The position numbers and the translations under genes were made by a program. From Octopus sinensis (Eukaryota), in contig NC_043010.1 of assembly GCF_006345805.1 (NCBI RefSeq), positions 930,001 through 994,000 on the forward strand: a stretch of 64,000 bases of DNA. The letters are read 5' to 3'. Below the pieces are notes generated by a model, which saw only the letters and a program-made list of their open reading frames with translations, ran no database searches and was not told the origin of the DNA. Of this stretch, positions 51,895 through 64,000 are shown piece after piece (within the stretch, counting starts at the first letter, position 1; each line of letters starts with the position of its first letter).

Positions 51895-54236
51895 AGGTAT
51901 ATATATATACACACACATATATGTATATAAATGTATACACTTATGTACATGTGTGTATGAATATATATATAATATATATATAGAATATATATATATATAT
52001 ACACACACACACAAACATATATGTATATATAAAATGCACAATACATTATTACATGTTTATATTATGCATACACGTATGTACATGTACATATATATATATA
52101 TATATATACATACACATACATGCATGCATGTATGTGTATGTATATAATATTTGTTTATAAATATTTATAAATAGATTTTAATGCTTGTATATACCATTAT
52201 ACATTCCTACTCATATATTTATATATACATACATGCCTGTGCATGCATGTACACACACACATACACTCACAGATGTACATAAAAACATAGTGAAAATGAG
52301 AGAGAGAGAGTTAGTTATTTGTGCATGTATTTAAATGCTCTTACATATAGGTATGCAAATACACACCCACACACACACACCAGCTGCACCTACCTTCCAC
52401 ATCATAGGTACAAATTTTATAACATGCTTTTCCTCATAATTACCATATTTATATCAGCTCGTTTTGTTCTCCATGTATTGCACCAGTTTACTTTTCTTAC
52501 TCGTTGCTTCTCCGTCTTCCTTGATTCTATGCTGTTGTGTATATATGTATCGCAATCATTGTTAGCTTCCAACTATAAAAATCTCATTTTTCTATTATAT
52601 ACCAATAGCTAACATTGGCACAAGGCCCATACAGTTTGGAGAAGGTGCAGCCGGTTAAAGCTAACCTGGTACTTCAATGCTACTTTATTTTATCAACCTC
52701 AGAAAGATTAAAGTCAAAGTTTGACCTCGGTGGCATTTTCATCAATATCACTATTATTCTATACCAATCTCTATTTCTTTGTTGAATGGCAACTGTAAAA
52801 GAAAACATGCCAAAATTGGTTTCACATAAGTGTCTGATCTCTCCAAACCTGGAGTGCCTCCAAAATGCGGAATTCTTTCTCTTTTTCACTTCATTTTTTT
52901 ATGAATTTCAAAGTATTCTGTTGACAAATATAAAACTATTCGTTTTAGTCATTTCTTCCAGTTAGACTAATATTTTAGTATCACTTAAATGTTATGCATG
53001 GCTGTGTGGTAAGTTGCTTGCTTCTCAACTACAGGGTTTTAGGTTCAGTCCCACTGCGTGGCACCTTGGGCAAGTGTCTTCTGCTATAACCTCAGGCCAA
53101 CCAAAGCCTTGTGAGTGGATTTGGTAGAAGGAATCTGAAAGAAGCTTGTCGTATATATATTTATACATCTGTATATGTGTGTGTGTGTTTGCCCCCTCCC
53201 CGCGTCATCTTTCTTCAACCAATACTAGAGTATGATAAAGAAGACTTGCTCTTCCTTCCATAGAAGAAAAAATTCAAATCGGACCATGTTAACACCAAAA
53301 ATTATTTACATCAAAAAGGTGCTTTTTTTCTATGAAAATCTCTACTTTTTTACGATATTTTGTCTGCTGTGTCACCATTTTTCGGTGTATTTCAACCAGA
53401 AAAATGTTCACTTAAAGAGAATAACAAGCTACATAATGCAAAATTTTTACTTTTCAAAAATTCCAATTCTAAAGGGCTGAAACAAACCTGAGCAACGCCG
53501 GCGATATTGCTAGTAAATATATATATATATATATGTATATATATGTGTGTGTGCGTGTCTTTTTACTTTTCTTGTCTCAGTCATTAGACTGTGGCCATGC
53601 TGGGGCACCACCTTGAAGAATTTTATTTAAATGAATTGATCCTAGAACATAATAACTCTTTAAAAAGCTTGGTACTTATTCCATCAGTCTCTTTTGCCAA
53701 ACAGCTAAGTTATGGGGATATAAGGAAACCAGCACCACTTTCCAAGTAATAGCTGGCAGGAGGGGACAGACAGTGACCTAAAGACACACACGTGTATGCC
53801 CCCACACACACACGCACATGCACGTGCACACACACATACACACATGTATATATACAGCAGTGGCAACTCTGGCACACAGGTTGTTCAGGCTTAGCCTGAG
53901 GATAAATTTAGTAAAGTGAACCTGTATTTTTCAAGCTGATTTAATTTCTGCCAACGTTGTGACTTCAAGAATGTAATTTCAGCCAATAACTTGGGCTTCT
54001 TTTATTGAGCCTGGTTGCAGTTTATTTATTTTCATTCAGCATCTGGTGATTGTTTTAGAGGTGCCCCACGTCAAAAAATCTCATTCGTAGCACATGTTCT
54101 CTTGACATCGTTCACACACTCCTGACTCAGGCTCAGAAGTTACAGCCTGAGTTATCTTTAACCATAAAAATCAAAAGTAATTCAAACTCAATGCTTTCTT
54201 GAGACAATAAATTTCTATAGAGATTAGGATTTAAAT
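48184..54236. repeat. Near-identical direct duplication of about 2.98 kb (48184-51159 and 51260-54236) flanking a 100-N gap (51160-51259)
   Basis: Both copies start TGGTGTGGTCATAAAGAACC and end GAGATTAGGATTTAAAT; differences cluster near the gap-adjacent ends. Confidence 0.95.
50133..50438 (+). mobile_element. Helitron-like non-autonomous element (duplicated at about 53208-53513)
   Basis: 3' end GAGCAACGCCGGCGATATTGCTAG|T (GC-rich subterminal motif then CTAG); possible A|TC 5' start at 50133. Confidence 0.55.
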
Positions 54237-54659
54237 TCCAGTCTATGAAAAGTTTCTGTTCTACAATATTCTTAAAAGAATGAAGAATTATCCAGCAACG
54301 TGGGCTAATATGAACGAGGCTGGTAGGTGTAAAAGACTAACTGGCATCTCTTGTCAAGAGCACAGGTGACAGTCAGATCGGTGATGGGTGTTGTGCACTC
54401 TGGTTTCATTGATTGATTGCTGTTAGTCTGTGCATCTGTGTGTAAAGATTAGTTGTGTTTTACATGGTTGCTTTATTTTTACCCCTAACTTAGAAATGGA
54501 GAAAGACATAGGGGTAGGTATAAAGAATAAACCATTTAGGGCTAGAAATATGGCAGAAAAATGTGAAATTCTTCAAGCAGGCATGTGTCTTATGTGAAAT
54601 CTGTTATGAGTCCAAGTGATGCTGATGACCTGGAGTTGCCTCCGATGTATAGATATAAA

Positions 54660-54812
54660 GGGCTTCTTTCAGTTTCCGTTTACCAAATCTAATGACAAGG
54701 CTTTGGTCAGTCCAAGGCCATAGTAGAAGGCACTTGCCCAAATTGCCATGTCCTAGGACTGAATCCAGAACCATGAGGTTGGCAAGGAAACTTCTTACCA
54801 CACTGCCATGCC
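54660..54812 (-). mobile_element. SINE family A, 5' half
   Basis: GGGCTTCTTTCAGTTTCCG...GGACTGAATCC...CTTACCACAC. Confidence 0.8.
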
Positions 54813-54819
54813 TGAGCAT

Positions 54820-54856
<37 letters not shown>

Positions 54857-54969
54857 ATATTTATATATCTTTATATATATACATATACACATTGCGGAAA
54901 TCGCCAAAGATCCATTTACAATATTTTACATGTGTGTGTGTGCATGTACATCAGTCAGTCTATCTACAG

Positions 54970-55041
<72 letters not shown>

Positions 55042-55293
55042 GATAGATAGACACTTTGTATGTCTTCACCACACTGTATTCATAAACCACTTAATTGTTT
55101 TATATATACAATCCAGATATATTGACAAGATAAAATGAAAAAAAACATTTAATAATTGGAATATATCTAACTTGTCAAATGAAAATAATTAAATAGAGTG
55201 GGTAAAATTATCCTAACATCTGGGCAGGTATTTTGTTTGTAGTGTTTGTTATACAATATATATATAAATATATTATATATATCTATTTTATAT

Positions 55294-55340
<47 letters not shown>

Positions 55341-55367
55341 TAAGTTTTTGCTGATAATGGTATAAAA

Positions 55368-55425
<58 letters not shown>

Positions 55426-56521
55426 ATATATAGATAGATATGTGTGTGTATATATACACACATACACAGAGATATATGTGTCTATATATATTATATGTGT
55501 GTGTGTGTTTAGAATTGTGGGTGGTATGTAAATGCCAAGTAACCATGTGTTCTCTGATAAAGAACTTGATACAAATTGAAGAGTAAAATAAGTATATTTT
55601 AATAGAGTTTTTGTAGTATTTGAGCTTAAATTCCATTTTATTCATGGCTTTTGCCTAAATCACCTGCAATTAAAATGATTGAAATATACTATTATTTATC
55701 TATAATTTATTCATTTTTTTGTTTTGTTCCTTTTTTTATAGCGAGTTCCTTTTTTTATCATTACATATGCAACCAAACAAATATTCACAATCTATTTGAT
55801 ATTATCTTTACACTCTTGCATCCAATCAAATCATTACATTTTATTTTCATTATCTGAATATTCTTATTAATGATATGCTGTTTCATTCCTCAAATTTCAT
55901 TTCAAGATTGGCGATGCGAAACTCAGTTTCTCTGCATGTATCTTTATATCTTGAGCTCTGTTTGTTGTATTGAGTTCACACACACAACACACATAAACAC
56001 ACTGGCAGAAGTTCATTTTATGTATATCACAAGCTTAAAAGCTGCACCCCATGCTGACTTTTTAAGTTAGCTCCTATTGAAGGCTAATTGGGCCTGTGCC
56101 TCAAAACTGAAGAGAGCAATAATAATAAAGCATTTATTGGTACCCTACCAATATGGTATTACCCTACCAATTTAGTATCAATTTAAATTCAGTTTAAATG
56201 AAAAACTTCTAAGTTCACAAGTTTTTGGAGTGCTTTTAAAATTTGAATTTTCAACTGTTAGTATATAATGAATCCCCATCTAAGATCTCAAGGACCAAAT
56301 GAAGGGCAGATTTTCAATCTCAGATGAAGGGCAGATTTTTAATACTAGTGATGTTGCTATACAGCTTGCAAGGCTACTGTTGCCATACAGCTTGTAAAAA
56401 CTGAGGAGGGAAGCAGGGTACATTCAACTATCATTGAAAATCTGTTTCAATAGACTCTCTCGCACCCATGAAAGCATAGAAAATAATTGGACATTAAATA
56501 CACACACACACACACACACAC

Positions 56522-56892
56522 AGATGTGGCTGTGTTAAGAGGCTTGCTTCTCAACCATATGGTTTTGGGTTCAGTCCCATTGTGTGGCACCTTGGACAAG
56601 TGTCTTCTACTTTAGCTTCGGGCTGACCAAAGCCTTGTATATTTGGTAGACAGAACCTGAAAGAAGGCCATTATATATATAGATATATATGTCTGTGTTT
56701 GTCCCCCCATCACCATTTGACAACCAGTGTTCATGTGTTTATGTGCCAGTATCTTAGCAGTTCGGCAAAAGAGTCTGATAGAGTAAGTACTAGGCTTAAG
56801 AGATAAGTCGTTGGCCTGATTTTTTCAACTAAAACCCTTCAGAGCAGTGCAATAGCATGGCCACAATCAAATAATGGAAACAAGTAAAAAGA
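56522..56892 (+). mobile_element. SINE family A
   Basis: GTGGCTGTG...GGGTTCAGTCCC...GAAACAAGTAAAAAG. Confidence 0.85.
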
Positions 56893-56917
56893 ATTATATA
56901 TATATATATATGTATAT

Positions 56918-57145
56918 AACGGGAAGCTTTATGAAAATAGACAAAAGACAAAGGCAGGTGGAAAACAAACAAACAATTGTATTAGTATGGCGCTCAGGAA
57001 ATATAAATAAAACAAGTCTTTAACGTTTCGAGCCTACGCTCTTCAACAGAAAGATACACAGAGAGAAAAAAAACACAGAAAGAAGGAGAGAAAAAAAATG
57101 CATGCAGTAACTAACGAATCAACATGGCGATCTGATTTCGGCCAG
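56918..57145 (-). mobile_element. Short non-autonomous PLE-like element with HHR motif (57017-57054), in (TA)n
   Basis: Minus strand UCUUU-CUGUUGA-A-GAGC(GUAG)GCUC-GAAAC-GUU-AAAGA with perfect stems I and II; downstream UUCCUGAGCGCCAUACUAAUAC. Confidence 0.75.
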
Positions 57146-57151
57146 TATATA

Positions 57152-57187
<36 letters not shown>

Positions 57188-57243
57188 TGTATGTATGTAT
57201 GTATATGTCCATTTTCCAAACTGAACACAAAAATTTATTTTAA

Positions 57244-57354
57244 TTGCTTTGAGGAAGCCATAGGATGTTGCACAAGCACTCAGATCTGAGTGCACTGTTT
57301 CCTACAGCAGAAACAGCTGTAAGCCAATGAACTTGATTACATGACTCCAGTTCT

Positions 57355-57357
<3 letters not shown>
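57244..57357 (+). mobile_element. PLE-like repeat with long-stem-II hammerhead motif (57244-57327)
   Basis: TTGCT-TTGAGGA-AGC..TAGGA..CTCAGATCTGAG..TCCTA..GC-A-GAAACAGCTGTA-AGCCAA. Confidence 0.6.
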
Positions 57358-57390
<33 letters not shown>

Positions 57391-57774
57391 CACGCATATA
57401 TATGTATACATGTATGTGTGTGTGTACATATATAAACACACACACACACATGTATCTATGTGAGTGTCTGTGTAGATGTATATATATATATATATGAATA
57501 AATGGATTTATATAACAAAAGGCATAAATAATGGACTTTATAAATCATTCGTCCAACCATGGATTTACAAAGTCAACTGATGATAGACTCAACTTCAGAT
57601 CTTGCTTCTGGATTACCTGTGGTTCAATGACAGTGACTAAACCTTTTGTTAGCCCATTCTATTTGTATCAGCAGAGAGATTAAGAAGTATTTTACCGAGA
57701 TTACTAATCCCTTATTAATTAACTCTTTGTAAATATGTGTGTGTGTATGTTGTTTTATATATATATATATATAT

Positions 57775-58146
57775 TCTATTCTTTCATTTGTTTCAACCAT
57801 TGACTCTGGCCATGTTGTGGCACTGCCTTTAGGCAAACAAATCGACCTCAGAACTTATTCTTTGTAAGCCTAGTACTTATTCTGTTGGTCTCTTTTGCCA
57901 AACCACTACGTTACAGGGATGTAAACACAGCAACATTGGGGACAAACACAGATCCACAAACATATACATACATATATTATATATATAATGGGTTTCTTTC
58001 AGTTTCCCTCTACCAAATCCACTCACAAGGCTTTGGTTGGCCTGAGGCCATAGTAGAAGACACTTGCCCAATATGCCATGCAGTGGGACTGAACTCGGAA
58101 CCATGTGGTTGGTAAGCAAGCTACTTACCACACAGCCACACCTGCA
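57775..58146 (-). mobile_element. SINE family A
   Basis: Near full-length reverse copy. Confidence 0.88.
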
Positions 58147-58347
58147 TATATATATATATATATACATGTATATATATATATATTATATATATATATATTA
58201 ATATATATATATATTATATATATATATATATATATATTATATTATATATATATATATATATATATTATAATATATATATTGCTGGGAACATTTTGCAGGC
58301 CATAGTCACTCAATAACTTAACCAGTCAGAAAGAGAATGAAAGCAGA

Positions 58348-58572
58348 GAGCTGGCAGAAATGTTAGCATGCCAAGCAAAATGCTTAGTGGTATTTCGTCT
58401 GCTGTTATGTTGTGAGTTCAAATTCTGCTGGGGTTGACTTTGCCTTTCATCCTTTCAGGTTCGATTAAATAGGTGCCAGTTACGCACTGGGGTCCATATA
58501 ATTGACTTCATCCATTTCTCTGTCCTTGTGTGTCCCTTATGTGTGTAGCCCCTTGTAGGCAGTAAAGAAATA
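58348..58572 (+). mobile_element. Nin-domain SINE, family B
   Basis: GAGCTGGCAGAAATGTTAGC...GACTTTGCCTTTCATCCTTTC...TAAAGAAAT. Confidence 0.85.
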
Positions 58573-59188
58573 AGAAAGAGAATGATGTTTCATAAACAAC
58601 TACAAATAGCAGCCACACACACACACACACACACCAGCAAGTAAAAAGGACAGATTACCAAATATAATCTTGAATATAATCTTGATTATTAAATGAAGAA
58701 CACAGAGCTGGAGCTAAGCAACAAGCACTACTTGTTCAGTTTCAAGCTGTCTCGTCTTCACAATTTCCACCTGTTTATTTTCATTTCTTCATCATAAAAT
58801 AACGATCTCTCAGTAATCAAGTGTAATTTACTGATTATTTTAAATCAAAGTTCTTAATATATATTTTATGGTCCATGAAAATAAAAAAATAATTTACTAT
58901 TAAAATAGACTTGTTGATTTCTTTATAGATTGGCAATAAAAATGGAGACTGGACACACACACGGAGAGAGATAAAGCTCTTTATCACAAAGGAACCTAGA
59001 TATATGTTCAATATATAGAAAAACAACTCCATGCTTTGTATAATCTATAATCACAGTTTAATCAACAATATTGATTAAGTACTATCTTTATGAACTGTAA
59101 ATTACGGAGTAATTGTTTCTATTAGAAACAAAAATTGCTAAATTGGTGAGCAGTCAACACGCACGCTGTGCTTATGCATACACACATA

Positions 59189-59470
59189 CAGCTGTATACA
59201 CATATGCACACACACACGTGCACGCACACAGCTGTATACACATATGCACACACACACACGCGCACGCACACAGCTGTATACACATATGCACACACACACG
59301 TGCACGCACACAGCTGTATACACATATGCACACACACACGCGCACGCACACAGCTGTATACACATATGCACACACACACGCGCACGCACACAGCTGTATA
59401 CACATATGCACACACACACGCACACGCACACAGCTGTATACACATATGCACACACACACGCGCATGCACA
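59189..59470. repeat. Minisatellite with unit of about 40 bp, about 7 copies
   Basis: Unit CAGCTGTATACACATATGCACACACACACG(C/T)GCACGCACA. Confidence 0.95.
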
Positions 59471-59611
59471 CACTCACAAACGCACTGATATATGTATATA
59501 TATAACTACTTGATGGCTAATGCATCATTAGATTCTTCCTTATTACTGTACCAAACACTCTATTGTCTCCCATTTGTTAGATACAAGTCTGCTGCTTGTT
59601 ACACACACACT

Positions 59612-59643
<32 letters not shown>

Positions 59644-59986
59644 CATCCACACACACATATGCACACACATATATGAATGAAAGTCAGCCAAACTAGTAAC
59701 AAGTATAACAATCACTTGTAAACATCCTGCAAAGCAAAGATGAACTTCATAACTGAGCTGATAATCAGCAGCTTCCATAACATGAATATCATGAAACTGT
59801 CTCCTCACCGTTAAATGCAATGCAGAATCATGTCAACAAACATTGTGTACAGACATATGTTTCTTTAGACTAACACCAGGAAGACACTGTATATTAACAT
59901 TATTAGCAGATATGTTATTTTTGGTGGCAAAGACTCACAGCTTGCTTTGATTCATGTATCTCTGAGTAACTAACAAGATCAGCCTT

Positions 59987-60213
59987 GGTGAGCTGGCAGA
60001 AACGCTAGCATGCTGGATGAAATGTTAAGCAGTATTTCGTCTGCTGTAATGTTCTGAGTTCAGATTCCGCCGAGGTCGACTTTGCCTTTCATCCTTTTGG
60101 GGTCGATTAAATAAGTACCAGTTACGCACTGGGGTTCATATAATCGACTTAATCCATTTATCTGTCCTTGTTTGTCCTCTCTGTGTTTAGCCCCTTGTGG
60201 GTAGTAAAGAAAT
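59987..60213 (+). mobile_element. Nin-domain SINE, family B
   Basis: GGTGAGCTGGCAGAAACG...CCGCCGAGGTCGACTTTGCCTTTCATCC...GTAGTAAAGAAAT. Confidence 0.9.
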
Positions 60214-60319
60214 AGATAGTGAAACTCAGTTATAAGCTAGCATATCAAGGAAGGACATGTTGATGCCTATGGAATTTTTCCTTCTTGCATCTTATAATTT
60301 TGCATATTTAGCCCTTTAG

Positions 60320-60620
60320 GTGAAGGCGCATTGCTCTGTGGTTAGAGTGATGGGCTCACAATCATGAGGTAATGAGTTCGACTCCCAGACTGGGCTGTGT
60401 TGTGGTCTTGTGTAAGACACCTTATTTCGCGTTGCTCCAGTTCACTCAGCTGTAGAAAGGAGTTGCGACATCATTGGTGCCAAGCTGTATTGGCCTTTGC
60501 CTTTCCCTTGAACAACATCAGTGGTGTGGAGAGTGGAGGCTGGTATGCATGGGCAACTGCCGGTCTTCCATAAACAACCTTGCCTGGACTTATGCCTAAG
60601 AAGGGAACTTTCTAGGCAAC
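60320..60620 (+). mobile_element. tRNA-derived SINE (family E-related); diverged copy at about 61160-61470
   Basis: GTGAAGGCGCATTGCTCTGTGGTTAGAG...GAGTTCGACTCCC; shared GGTCTTCCA..AAC(G/A)ACCTTGCC..GGGAA(C/T)TTTC. Confidence 0.75.
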
Positions 60621-60746
60621 AAATGCTAAATGGTTAATCTGATGCCCTTCAAAATACAAGTCAGTGTACAGAGTATATATTTTCTTCTCAATCCTGATCC
60701 CTTACAATAGTTTCTCAGTTTCTACGTGAATATCAATTACATGCAT

Positions 60747-61028
60747 ACTCTCTTTTACTCTTTTACTTGTTTCAGTCATTTAACTGTGGCCATGCTGGAG
60801 CACCACCATTAGTTGAGCAAATCGACCCCCTAGGACTTATTCTTTGTAAGCCTAGTACTTATTCTATGGGTCTCTTCTGCCGAACCGCTAAGTTATGGGG
60901 ACATAAACACACCAGCATCGGTTGTCAAGCGATGTTGGGGTAGGGGGCAAACATGGACATACAAACATATACACATACATACATATATATATATACGATG
61001 GGCTTCTTTCAGCTTCCGTCTACCAAAT
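60747..61028 (-). mobile_element. SINE family A, 3' part
   Basis: ACTCTTTT tail through CTTCCGTCTACCAAATC. Confidence 0.88.
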
Positions 61029-61517
61029 CAAGATTTTGGGGTTGAGAGGCTTGGTTCCATCAGCAACCTGGAATTTAGTAACTAAGAAATGAACATGTTT
61101 GTTAATGTACTTAACAGTACACTCAAATGCACACACACATAATATATATATATATATAAGGTGCATGCCTCAGTGGTTAGAGCATCAGGCTGACAATCTC
61201 AAGGCTGTGAGTTCATTCCAGACTAGGATGTTTGTTGTGTTGCTGAGCAAGACTTTGTGGTTACTTAAATGTAGAAACAAGTTGGGACATTACTGGTACC
61301 AAACTGTATTAACCTTTTCTTCTACCTTGGACAACATTGTTATCATGGAGAGAGGAGACTAGTATGCAACTGCTGGTCTTCCACAAATGACCTTGCCCCA
61401 GATTTGTGCCTTGGAAGGGAATTTTCCAGGTGCAATCCCATGGTCAGTTGTGAGCAAAGGAGGTCTTTATATATATATAACATGACAGCAGTCAAAATGA
61501 CTGAAACAAGTAAAAGA

Positions 61518-61554
<37 letters not shown>

Positions 61555-62124
61555 ATGGTCTTCTTTCAGTTTCTGTCTACCAAGTCCATGCACTAGACTT
61601 TAACCGGCCTGAAACTGTAGTAAAGTAAAAGACACTTGCCCAAGATTCTACACAGTGGGGCTGAACTCAAACCATGTAGTTGAGTAGCAAACCACACAGC
61701 CATGCATGCACCTAGCTTGGCCTGTGCCTCACCATACTTCCAATGTCAAGACTACTTGGTTAGGAGGCCTGCTTTTTAACCACACAGCTATGCCTGTATC
61801 ATGTAAAAAGAAATTTAATTTACTGTAAAACAACTTCAAATATTTTGTAAATTTTACACATTGTTAAAACACTACAATGTTCTAAAAGAACCTTCACATT
61901 ATTGAAGGCAAATATCAAACACCAATATTAGAAGCTCCATACAGTTGCTCAACTTGACAGAAATCGCAGCCAAACCTACTTTGAAGTATCTCCTATTGCC
62001 TTAAAGAAAAACAGAAGAGGCTTAATTGAATAATCTAGTTTCTTGATATAAGAAGTGAAAGGATGGTTATGGAAAAAAACCCTTTTGGTCAGAGTTGATC
62101 TGAGACAAGATAGTTACAAAAGAA

Positions 62125-62505
62125 ATACTACAAGTTCTTCAACAAGGATAATATAAAAGTTAGTCATAACTGTTAGCTGTATGGTTAGTGTAACTCATCA
62201 ATTTTGCAGTAATATGTATGATGAATTTGAAGCAAAATAACATAGCAAAAACAAAATAAACTCACAAAAGGTATATACAAAAGCATAATCAGTCAACATA
62301 AGTATGTCTTCTGGGAAAGAACTATATGAAGATCTAGATTATTAATCCAACAAATTTAGGTCTTAAAGAGAATATTATTCAGAAAACAATAATAAACTCA
62401 TAGAGCAATTTCAATTCCAAACAATAAGTCTAATGAATTGTGCATAGAAGAAGATAATTAGAAAAGCAACAAAATGAAGCGTTACCTTAGAACAAATAAA
62501 TTCAT
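62125..62505 (+). pseudogene. Decayed PLE ORF remnant (Naiad-type motifs)
   Basis: YKFFNKDNIKVSHNC at 62129-62173, then MMNLKQ and NELCIEE in the expected order. Confidence 0.5.
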
Positions 62506-62559
62506 ATATACATATAGATACATATAATATATACTATATGTATTTTTTATATATATATC

Positions 62560-62590
<31 letters not shown>

Positions 62591-62789
62591 ACGTGTGTGT
62601 GTGTGCATATATCATCATTATCATCATCATTATAATGTCTACATTTCCATGCTTGCACAGGCCAGACAGGATTGGGAATAGGGGATAATGCTTGCATGCT
62701 GGTGAAATTTGTTTACAATCATCAAAGAGACAATAATACACAAATGCACACCCATACACACACATTTATATATATACACACATATATAT

Positions 62790-62935
62790 GACAGTCTTTG
62801 TTTCAGTTTTCATCTATCAAATCCACTTATAAGGAATTGGTGGCCTCGGGCTGTACTAAAAGACACTTTGTCCAAGGTGCCCCCAGTGGGACTGAACCTT
62901 GGACCATGTGGTCGGAAAGCAAACTTCTTACCATA
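62790..62935 (-). mobile_element. SINE family A, 5' half
   Basis: TTTCAGTTTTCATCTATCAAATCCAC...GTGGGACTGAACC...CTTACCA. Confidence 0.75.
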
Positions 62936-63257
62936 CTTCCATTCTTATGTCTATATATATATGTGTGTGTGTGTAGACATACATACATACATACATATTT
63001 ACATACATATATACATATGTATATATATGTATATATTTCTGTGAGAGTTAGCGGTTAGGAAACCAACCAACTAAGGGATAGTACCTATCCAATATACTGC
63101 TGGTGGTGTACTCAATTATTCATACCCAAGTGCTGGTTATTGTGTGGCAATCTCGCAATTGAGTGTCATATATGGGTTGGGGTAGAAAGTGGTTTACCCT
63201 TAAGTTATACGGCAAATAAGAAAATGTTGTTTTGTATCCTCTCCATTTTCTTATTTG

Positions 63258-63318
<61 letters not shown>

Positions 63319-63857
63319 ATATATATTCACATTTATATGCTTGGTTATGCATGTGTATATATAAAAAGAGAGAAAGAGGAAGCAACAAAAGAGTTACTAT
63401 GGTAACATACATACACATACATATATGTGTGAATAGATCATCTAAATTTTTCTGATGTCCTCTCTATGTGTATATATATAATAGGTGTGTATGTGTGTGT
63501 GTAGTTCTTCAATGTGAGTTTTCATTTTCTACCAGGCATAGGGTAGAAATAGTGAGACAAGCAGACAGAGAGATACCCATCCACAGATACATATATTTAC
63601 ATATACTTATCTTCATACATATTTGCATACATAATTGCATATAGATACATATATGCATTGATAAGTGGACGCATCTACTCACACACATTCATACTGCAAA
63701 TGAATATTTATATTACTTTTTACACACACACACACACACACACATACACACATATATATATATATACATACATATGTAGACACACACATTATACATATAT
63801 AAATGAGTGTATGTACATCTATGTGTGTATGTTTAAGTTTCTCTTAAAAGTCTTTGC

Positions 63858-63907
<50 letters not shown>

Positions 63908-64000
63908 TGAAGTTAATAAAACGTATCTGATATTATTAATAACACATTTTCTGATATCAATTCTAACGATATTAAAATATATTCCACCCGCTATTAAGAT

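Noticed and set aside
57575-57720. Isolated CTGATGA
   Set aside because: No matching GAAA or stems found by eye.

Overview
AT-rich, microsatellite-saturated eukaryotic genomic DNA. The repeat families (tRNA-headed SINEs, Nin-domain SINEs, R4/Dong LINE pieces, very long TA/CA/ATGT/ATT tracts) fit an octopus (coleoid cephalopod) intergenic or large-intron region; that taxon is my inference. I recognise no host protein-coding exon, and nearly every ORF in the supplied track is a microsatellite translation. The main hidden signal is a set of Penelope-like element (PLE) and hammerhead-ribozyme (HHR) sequences. (i) A very young, ORF-less element of about 361-nt unit length at 42256-43045 occurs as an inverted plus greater-than-unit-length tandem copy. 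It carries a type I minimal hammerhead with a compensatory U3-A8 core and many small hairpins, resembling a retrozyme/circular RNA. (ii) A tRNA-headed SINE has an embedded hammerhead (2633-2892). (iii) At least two further families of short non-autonomous HHR elements are present. (iv) Decayed GIY-YIG PLE ORF fossils lie at 13790-14774, about 31.0-31.35 kb and about 62.1-62.5 kb. Also present: two R4/Dong LINE fragments, a Merlin-like MITE with an 8-bp TSD, hAT-like MITEs, Helitron-like ends, closely spaced inverted SINE pairs, TE-free candidate regulatory islands, and a roughly 3-kb duplication across a 100-N gap that is probably an assembly artefact. All alignments and folds were done by eye, and boundaries of degenerate repeats are approximate.
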